Shown here in pieces: positions 55,603 through 64,000 of a stretch of 64,000 nucleotides of DNA. The notes below the pieces were generated by a model. That model did not search any database. It saw only the letters and a program-made list of their open reading frames with translations, and had not been told where the DNA came from. A program made the position numbers and the translations under genes. The stretch is from Histomonas meleagridis 2922-C6/04-290x. Taxonomy: Eukaryota; Protista; Parabasalia. The stretch is taken from positions 1 to 64,000 of the forward strand of contig JAANOX010000008.1 of the NCBI GenBank assembly GCA_020184695.1, read 5' to 3'. How positions within the stretch are numbered: the first letter of the stretch is position 1; each line of letters begins with the position of its first letter.

Positions 55603-57344
55603 ATGTTTAGTATTGAGAATGCTACGAAAGGAATAAAAACCAATGTTGTTGCTGCTCCTGAAATAATTGATAAAGATGATTTACAAGAAGTTTTAGAAAA
55701 TTATTCTACAAATGATCAAATAACAGAAAAACTTAATAATACTATAACTTCGATTACAATCCCACAATTATATTATAACAAATCACAATCAGATGAAAAA
55801 TATTCTACAAAAAGTCATACACATAATACAATAAATAATGATTTAACAGTAAATGAGAATGTACAAGTTACTTCATTGAATGGTTTTCAATTGTCAACAG
55901 CAGAAGGTGGTAAATGAGATACAAAATTATATGTACCATCTATTATTACATAAAAGAAGATGGTGTTGTAGAAGTTGGTCAATATATTGATATGCATAAT
56001 AATACAGATTATGATAAAGATAATACATGGCGAATTACTGCTAATACTAATTCATTAGATTTTAAATCAAAAACTGGTTCATTATTAAGTTTTGGTAGTA
56101 ATGGTAATATTCAATGTTCAACTATGAATAATGTAGATACAACAGAAATATCTCGAATTGATCATAATCATGATGAGATTTATGCTAAAAAAGATCATGA
56201 GCATACAAAATATGCTACAACAAATCATACACATAGTTATAATGACCTAACAGATATTCCTACAGGTTCAAATACAGAAGATATCCATTGTTCAACAATT
56301 AATGGTTTTGCTTTAAATTCGGGACCTTCAGATTCAAATTTAAATATTAGTGTTCTTTCAATTGCAGTTATTAAAAACGATGGTGTTTCAGAAACAGGCC
56401 CTTACATAGATATGCATGCTAGTAATGGGTATGAAAATGATTATAGTAGAAGAATAATAGCATTAGATGATTATCTTGAGTTCAAATTAAAACAAAGAGA
56501 TGGATTTTTTTATTCATCATCTTTTGAAGCAATAGGTTGCAATAAAATAGTTTGTAGTGAAATTATGTGCTCTGTAAAAACTAATGGCATTGTTAATACA
56601 GGAAATATAAAATCCGATACTGGACAATTCACTAGTTTAGAATCTACTAAATTAACTTTATTTCACAGTATAATTGAAGAATCAGGTAATACATATCAAT
56701 TATTATGGAGAATTTATGGATGTACACCTACTGCAGATAAAAAATATGGAAGATTATATTTTGAATCTGTAACACAAAAGAAACAAAATGATGGTTCTTA
56801 TCTTGATACATATAGTGCAATATATCATATCGCAACTACATTTAATACATTTGAAGAAACTGGTGATCTTGCACAAATAAGTACAACTATTATACATAAT
56901 GCTCCTGTTACATAAGATTTAACACAATTTCAAATTGGTTCACCTGTATTTTGTACAGGTAATGTTTTTTCATTATAAGAAAATGACATATATACTTCAA
57001 ATACATCTACAACAGATTGTATACCATCAGTTAAAACATCAGGTACATATATAGAATATTTAGGGATATGTGTAGCTAAACATGAAAATGGTTATAAAGC
57101 TTCAATAGGTAATGTTATTAAAAGAGAAATCGAAATTTTACAAGATACTATTGATTTTGCTACACATGGAGATTTTTATTTTAGAGTAAATAATACTGCA
57201 GATTATGAAATTGGTGATGTAGTATTATTTGATGGTAATAAATTATCAGATGATTAAGTAATTACTACTAAAATTTTAAATTCGATAGTTGGTAAAGTAA
57301 CAGGTAAAATAGATGAACATTTATTAAGTATATTTAAAGAATAA
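55603..57344 (+). pseudogene. Phage tail-fibre-like Maverick protein, disrupted
   Basis: Four HxH motifs and two copies of an NGFxL...IKxDGVxExGxYIDMH...RI module. C-terminal IGSPVF..G...TDCIPSVK...FATHGD...VGKVTG domain. Stops at 55915, 56913, about 56977 and about 57256, plus one frameshift near 55953. Confidence 0.7.
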
Positions 57345-57399
57345 GAAAAAATATTTTATTTCATTTTTATTTTTGATAAAAATCCAATTTATAAAAAAA

Positions 57400-57925
57400 A
57401 GAGAGAAATACGATATTTATTCGAAACACTAGTTAGAAATGAATTAAAAAATCAAAATTCACAATTAAAAGGTAATTCGAGTCTACAAAATTTTATTAAT
57501 TTTCTGAATGAAAAATATAATAGGAAGATTAGATTTACACCTGAATTTAATACTGGTACAAAGCCATTAGTCGAAACATACAACAATTTAGTTGATTATT
57601 ATATAGATGTGAGTTTAGAAAAAACAACAGATGATCAATATTAAAATAAACATTTTAACAATTATGAAGAATATGAATATAATTTTATCAAAAATTTTAT
57701 CGATCATGAAAAAATTACACCTATTAATGGAAAAATTGGAGGAAAAACAATCCCAGAGCATTATGAATATTATATTAAAAGGATCATCAAAAAATTGAAT
57801 GAGATGTTTGCACACGAAGTTTTTGAAGCTAAAAAAAAGCCTATCAAATTCAATGAATATTGTGAAGAATTACAAAAATATTTATATGGTATTGAAATAA
57901 TTGATAATAAAATTGGGAACGTATT
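57400..57925 (+). pseudogene. Unassigned degraded ORF within the Maverick relic
   Basis: About 175 codons in one frame with a single TAA. It appears to be cut off by the convergent minus-strand gene. Confidence 0.35.
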
Positions 57926-59010
57926 TACATTCGATTATGCATATAGCAATTATTTGTTACAATATTATGATAAATTTCTCCGTGACAAAATTGTTGACGG
58001 AATTTATCTAAACATCCATCTTTGTTTGATAAATATTCTGAAACAATTTGTTTTGCAGCACTTGTATAATAATTTTCACCTGTATCTGGTCTAATGTAAT
58101 TCTTTGCATCTTTCTCATCTTTAATTCCTTGTTTTGTATATAATTTTACGACTTTTGGAATAATAAAATTTCTATAAAAATACCCAGATATAGTAAGTAT
58201 TGGATTCCTTGCTATGAATTGTTTAATTATATTTTCACGATCTGTAGGATTAGGATATTTTTGTACCAATTTTTTGTCCAATTTTTCAATATAATCAGAA
58301 TAAAGTTTCTTAATAACAAAACTTGTAAATACTTGATTTGCTGTTCGCCTTCTTGGTTTATGTGTTTGATAAATATTTGGAACAACAGTTGCTCTATAAT
58401 ATTTATCATCGTATGCATCGACCTTATTAATAAAATCTGTATTCAATGGATTTACCTCAGGATCATCAAATGGTTTGTCTTAATCATATTCAACCGATCT
58501 TACATATTCATTCATCCAATCTTCAAAATCGAGTAATTTTTCACCATTTGCTCTTCTAATTCTTCTTGTATACGGATTTCCATATTGATTTTGTAAAAAT
58601 TTGATATATTCTCTTTCATAATAATCTTGTGTTTTAACTGTCCATCTATTCACAAGTTTTGCTCTACCATGTTGATCTTTAACTATAATATCTGGAATTC
58701 CATCGTGATTAATATCTTTTTCTATGGCTGCCCAATGGTATTTTTTCTTTTTACCCTTATTACGTTTTTCAACCAAATCATCTGCACCTTTCAGAGTTTG
58801 TGCTTCTCTAATTTTTTTAACATCTTTCTTCAAATCAAGTATAAGATGTGCTAAAGTTTCCATATTTTCATCTAATAAAACCCTATTTCCACCAATTTTT
58901 TTGTATTTTGATAAATCTTCTTCAAAATGATACATTTCTTCACCAGGTGTATGTATTTCATATTGAGTAGGACCTACATAAGGTGGTAAATTTCTAGGAT
59001 TTAACAGCGA
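57925..59010 (-). pseudogene. Maverick hypothetical protein split by one in-frame TAA (58480-58482)
   Basis: ORFs 58480..58935 and 57925..58446 are in the same frame. DINHDGIPDIIVKD...VNRWTVK resembles a trichomonad Maverick family. The N-terminus is truncated at the Tc1 fragment. Confidence 0.6.
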
Positions 59011-59028
59011 GTAAATTATTTAAATCAA

Positions 59029-59449
59029 TTGACAAATTTATCAGAGAGTATTCAACAAATTTACATTGATGAATCAAATTTTACGATTTTGACAAGAAGA
59101 AATATGGGAAGATCTAAATTTGGGAAAAGAGCAGTTCAATCATCATCAATCGATGGATGTAGAAAAATCAAAATTTTAGCAGCTGTTAATCCAAATTATA
59201 GTTGGATACATGAAACTGAAACAAATAATGTTGATGCAATTCGATTCGAAAAATATTTTAAAAATTTAATTAATGATTTGAAGACGAAATATCCAAATCA
59301 AAAATTTGTCTTAATTTTGAATAATTATTCAATTCATCGACAATATGAACTACTATAATTATGCCAAGAAGCTCAGTTTATACTTTTATTTCTACCACCA
59401 TATTCCCCATATCTTAATCCAATTGAAAGATGTTTTAGTCAAATCAAAG
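59029..59449 (+). pseudogene. Tc1/IS630-type DD34E transposase catalytic-core fragment
   Basis: IYIDES...VLILNNYSIH (second D mutated to N)...[20 protein letters not shown] count 34 residues between the second acidic position and E. One in-frame TAA. Confidence 0.88.
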
Positions 59450-60470
59450 TAGAAATAGGTTCATCAGGATAATTTTGACCTGCAATAGTTAATTGTACAT
59501 TATTATAAATAGGATTATCGAAACATGTATAATCATTAGCATGTTTTGGAAATACAACTGTAATAGTTGTAACATTAAATAAAGGCATATTAATAGTAGA
59601 TTGTATACCAGATTCAGTAGCAGCTAAAGCAAATGCATTATAATCTAATTGTTGTGAAGGAATTATTAAACCTCCAGGTTGTTGAAGTATTTGAGCTATT
59701 TGATTTAAAGTTTCTTCTTTAACTCCAAAACCATACATATTAGATTTACATGAAAGTACAGTTAAACCTGTACAATATAAAGAAACATTCTCAGTTGCAG
59801 TATCAATAGTATGATTAGTTTCAGTATCACATTTAAATGTAGTAGTTATATTAGCAGAATTACCAATTTGAGTAAAACCATGAGTAAATAAAGGTAGAAT
59901 TAGTAAATGTAGCATTAATAGTAGAATCTTCTAAAAAGTCTTTAACTTCTTTAATTTTAATTGGATCTACTGGACACCAATCTAAACCATTTTGTTTAAC
60001 ATAAAATTTGAATTCAATATCAGCAACGAACCTATTTAGATATAAATCAAATGCTTGTAAAGCTAATATATCTTCAAATGGAAGATTCATTTCAAATTCG
60101 ATATCATGTTTATTTCCATCTGCAGATTGTATGTTTAAATCAACATAAGTACCACTATACAGATTGTGAATATTCTGAAACATTTTCATATATATGTGTA
60201 TATTTCTCCTAGTTTTCTTTTCGCATAAGGTTTAATTGTAGAATAACAATAACCTTCACGACAACATTCATTTTGTTGATAACCAGTAGAAATATTATTA
60301 GACATAATTTGTAATTGATCTAATAATTGATTAGAACTCTTAAAACCTATAAATATTTTAACTAAATTTTCTGGATCTGTCAAATTACCAGATGAAATAG
60401 CTTTTGATAATTGTACAGTTATTCTAAGTTTAAAATTAATAAAACCTTTAAATGTAGCGAAGTTTTATAA
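59450..60470 (-). pseudogene. Maverick/Polinton major capsid protein (double jelly-roll type), frameshifted and truncated
   Basis: Fragments KIFIGFKSSNQ...TGYQQNECCREG, LPFEDILALQAFDL, GFTQIG, SNMYGF, IPSQQLDYNAF and [31 protein letters not shown] match the trichomonad Maverick capsid family as I recall it. Confidence 0.75.
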
Positions 60471-60574
60471 TGATGTCATTTTATACTTGGAAAATGAATT
60501 TTTATTTTTGATAATAATTAAGAACTACACCCTTAAAAAACAATAGTCAAACAAGCCGAAAGATACCCCTATTG

Positions 60575-60735
60575 GCCGAAAAAAATACTCATTAAATTAA
60601 AATTTTAATTCAAACAAAGAAAGCTATTCATGTGTAAAATACTACACCCGATAATATTATGTTGGTAATTTACTCACATAAATAGCAGTCGAATTTTTAA
60701 TTAAAAATTTCAATTTAATGAGCATTTTTTTCGGC
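60575..60735. repeat. Imperfect 36/37-bp inverted repeat pair (MITE-like)
   Basis: 60575-60610 vs 60699-60735: two substitutions and one indel. Confidence 0.75.
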
Positions 60736-60966
60736 TTGATTAGATTGAGTCATGTTTTGTTTTAATTTATTAAAGAAAAGCGCATTACATAAATAAAATC
60801 AATAAATTTTTACATATATAATATATTTTATTCAACCATTCAATGCAAACAATTTTTGCAAATCTTTCGAATAAAGATTCCGTCGGCATTTTTAAAGGTG
60901 CAAAAAAACATAAAAATACGAAAGTGGAATTCCGCTTTTATTATTAATGTGTCTAACAAATACAAC

Positions 60967-63900
60967 TTAATTTATCATATCGGCTATGATATCTCTTTCT
61001 TCTCTTTCATTACTTCTAATTGTTTGGAAATCGAAGCAAATCAACGGTACCAATTCACCCATTGGGTTTTGTTTATGTAATATTTCTACATCTTTTTGCT
61101 TCAGCAAATTGAATATTTTCTCTTTTGCTTCATTTTGCGATTTACAATTGACCAAAAACGTATGTGAGAACACGCATTTACATTGAGCGCTTACCCAAGA
61201 TACGTAACATTGTTCGAATCCATTCACGACTTTATCTTCTGATGAATCACCTTCGTTAAATAACTTCTCTATGTTACTTCTCCATTTATTTCTTTCGAAG
61301 TTTGTTGAACTTCCTTTTGGAACAATAATTTTTAATAACAACGAACCAAAAGGTGCATATAACATAACTGAATCTGGTGCGTATTCTTTACCGAAGTCCC
61401 AAATTATATTTGAAGTTTTACATGAAAATTTCATCTTAAATTTATCAACAGTTTTTTGGACGCCCATTATAATATTATTCTTAAATAAAAATATTTCAAT
61501 TTTCACCTTATTTAAGAAACTATCCATACTTCGACCAAAGAATTCGAAATGTGAAACAGTAAAATTACCATCATTTTGTTCAATCGTTTTAATTCTCCAT
61601 GTATCAGATTCAAACAAAATGTTATTAAAATTCTTTTTAGGTTTTGTATAATTTTTTAGTTCAAATTGTCCATGTGTTAATAATATATCTTCGATATTAA
61701 ATGGAATTATTTCATTTTTAATGGTCGTAAAGAATTTGATACTTTGAAGTTCTTTTTGTGATTCGACTATAAGTTTCTTCTCATTAATTATTCGTACAAT
61801 ATATGCAAACTTCGCATGAGCTTTACGTAAGTTAATTAAATCGGAATGATTTTCTGAGTCGCTTTAATTATCGCTTTTTATTAACTCAGGATAATAAGAT
61901 AAATTGTTGTGTTGGAACTATTAATGCGTCATCAAATGTTAACTCGAATAACCACTTGGCAAATTTAATAATTCTGATAGTAATGGTGTTGCTCGAATGA
62001 TATTAATAGATTTATCATATGATGTAGCAATATGTAAGAAAGGTAAAAAAGCATCTGCAAAATATAATAAAAATGAGCCTAATTCTGTCGATGGTTTTAA
62101 TGTTTGGAATATCTTCTCAAACCTTTGTATAAATAATGTTAACAATCGATACATTTGTTTGACTTCTTCCATATACGTACGGATATATGGATTAGTGCCA
62201 AACTTTTCGGAGATTTTTAATAGCATACAGAATTGGTACTACGTCTTCTTGCGTAGTTAATAATTCATTACTTGCACTAGCTCTTTTTTCTCAGGCGCTT
62301 TTATATATTCAGATATTTCATCAGCCATGATGAATTATCGATAATCCATCCGAATTCTTTAATGATGGATCTGCATCCATTTCCATTAATTTACGGACTA
62401 ATTCTACAACTGTGAAGGGTTTATCATATTTTGACATATATTACACAAACTAATAAACATACCTGCTTTTATTATATACATTAGGTGAATATCCATTAGA
62501 TTGATGTTGTTGTAATGTTTTAATGGTAATCGGTGAATTAAATATCGGCAATTGTTGATATTCAGAGATAATTGATGATTATTTTTTGTGTCTGTTAATT
62601 TAGAAGCATATTCTAATGGTGTTTGATCATCAATGTCTTTCTGTGATAATAAAAAACGTATTTGATCAAGTGGTAAAATGGGCTTTTTATCGCGTGAACT
62701 TATAAGTTCTGTTAATGATTGAACATTATTATATTCTGTACAGATATGAATGATGTTTTGTTTTCGGCAATTTTGCACAAAAAGTTGTGCCTTGTTCTGC
62801 ATAAAATATTCAAAGTTGGTACAAAAGTCATCAGACTTCCGTTTGACAAGTTGCATTAATGGTGTTTCGCCATCATTATTGACAAAATTAATCTGGAAAA
62901 TTTTAGTGGTATCATTGAACGATTTAGTCCATTGGTCGAGTTCGTTAAGGCAGCAAAATGAAGAATACTATTCCCAAATTGATCAACTGAATTAATTAAA
63001 TCTGGATATTTATCTAATATGGCTTTTCGTGACTTATCGCTTTTGTGGAAAACTGTAAGATGGAGTAGAGGACGGCCATACTCTTGGATGGATGGATTGA
63101 CACCATACTCAATTAGACTTTTTACAACTTCATCTTCTTCTTTTAAAACAGCTGAAATAAGACACCTTTCTGGGTTTGGTTCGAACTCTGCGATTTTGTA
63201 GGATTTCATTTTTGTAAGAATGACCATTGCTAATTCACTTTTGTTCTCTTCAATCGAGACTTGAAGAAGAGTCTTATGGCCTCTAATCATTAAACCTAAT
63301 GGATATAAACATTTTGAAAGTAAACATTCCATCATAAGAGAAGAAAGATGGTTCATCAGATCTTGAGTAATTTTCGACTAATAGTTGCTTCACAAATTTG
63401 TTTTGGATTAAGGGCCATAACATATTTAAGCATATCAAGATTTTTGGAAGCTACAGCACATGCAATGATTGTTCTACCTTTGGAATCTAAAGTTTCGAAA
63501 TTCGGTTGACCGTTAGTACATAATTGAGAAAAGGCGTTAACGTCTCCTTTGAGTGCGGCAAAGTGAAATGCGGTGGTTTTTCCAGTGAAAAAGTTGGGTG
63601 ATGCTCTGCTTTTTCAAGAAGGGATGTGATAAATTGATATGCTTTCAAGAGATTGCATATAAAAAGAGAGTCATCCTATGAACATCGACGACATCAGCAA
63701 CAACCTTTTGTGTGTGTGAGTTTGTGAGAAATGGGCTATTTCCTTCAATGGCTGCTTTGTGAAATTCACATAAAGGCTGTACGATTTACCACCAGTTGAT
63801 AGCAGCTGGGGGATTTGGTTCATAATGTCTGAAATAACACTAGTTTGAGATCTTTTATGAATTGAGGAGCACAAGACCATATAAATACCCACATATCTCT

Positions 63901-64000
63901 GTGAGGCTGCCATCTCTATTGGCGTCTTTTCCAACTTTTTAGATTTTTGATTTAAGATTATATCGACTTTATAATTATTATTTTGAAGGTACAAACTATT
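60967..64000 (-). pseudogene. Fragmented ankyrin-repeat + DH(RhoGEF)-PH-like gene, continuing beyond the window
   Basis: Successive ORF pieces: ankyrin (TTAFHFAALKG, GRPLLHL, GNSILHFAA, DQTPLEYA), DH-like (LLYFADAFLPFL, LTFDDALIVPTQQF, NLRKAHAKF..IINEKK) and PH-like, separated by several stops and frameshifts. Confidence 0.75.

Larger units (their letters stand above)
55252..60470. mobile_element. Rearranged Maverick/Polinton (endogenous DNA virus-like) relic
   Basis: Cluster of disrupted genes resembling trichomonad Maverick proteins, including a major capsid protein. No DNA polymerase B, integrase, ATPase or TIRs seen in the window. Confidence 0.8.

Noticed and set aside
55914-55917. ATGA stop/start overlap suggesting phage-like translational coupling
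   Set aside because: The upstream frame continues past TGA as DTKLYVPSIIT, matching the VLSIAVIK position of the second repeat module. A nonsense change plus a 1-nt deletion explains it better.
55603-59360. Stop-codon reassignment (TAA/TAG/TGA read as sense)
   Set aside because: In-frame stops fall at positions implying different amino acids and come with frameshifts. Intact host genes have none and end normally in TAA or TGA.
3660-63201. Many short ORFs overlapping or antisense to long genes, and TTG/GTG starts in the ORF track
   Set aside because: They are shadow frames of longer coding regions. In a eukaryote the first in-frame ATG was preferred.

Overview
This is an intron-less, very AT-rich eukaryotic window, most likely from a trichomonad (parabasalid). 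The evidence is a BspA-like LRR surface antigen ending in DFG, trichomonad-type Maverick genes, and many stop codons that form TAAA. The species cannot be fixed from sequence alone. About 13 intact host genes are present: Man1/Src1-like, PDS5, RalGAP-beta-like, an ARM-like protein, BspA, GCN5, a Pmp-like membrane protein, VPS13, importin-beta-like, ankyrin+DH/PH-like, TRAPPC8, HEATR5 and a HOOK-like coiled-coil protein. Between them lie many mobile-element remains. (i) A structurally complete 1453-bp Merlin/IS1595-type transposon with GG...CC ends, about 55-bp TIRs, an 8-bp TSD, a premature stop and internal hairpins. (ii) A shuffled Maverick/Polinton relic of about 5.3 kb carrying a major capsid pseudogene, a candidate minor capsid gene and a pseudogene resembling bacteriophage tail fibres, with a Tc1 DD34E fragment embedded. 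(iii) A hAT-like MITE, a Pif1/Helitron-like relic and two pogo-type relics. (iv) A perfect 120-copy 7-bp satellite and a perfect 40-bp palindrome. No rRNA, tRNA or CRISPR array was seen. All family assignments come from recognising motifs by eye; no database search was run.
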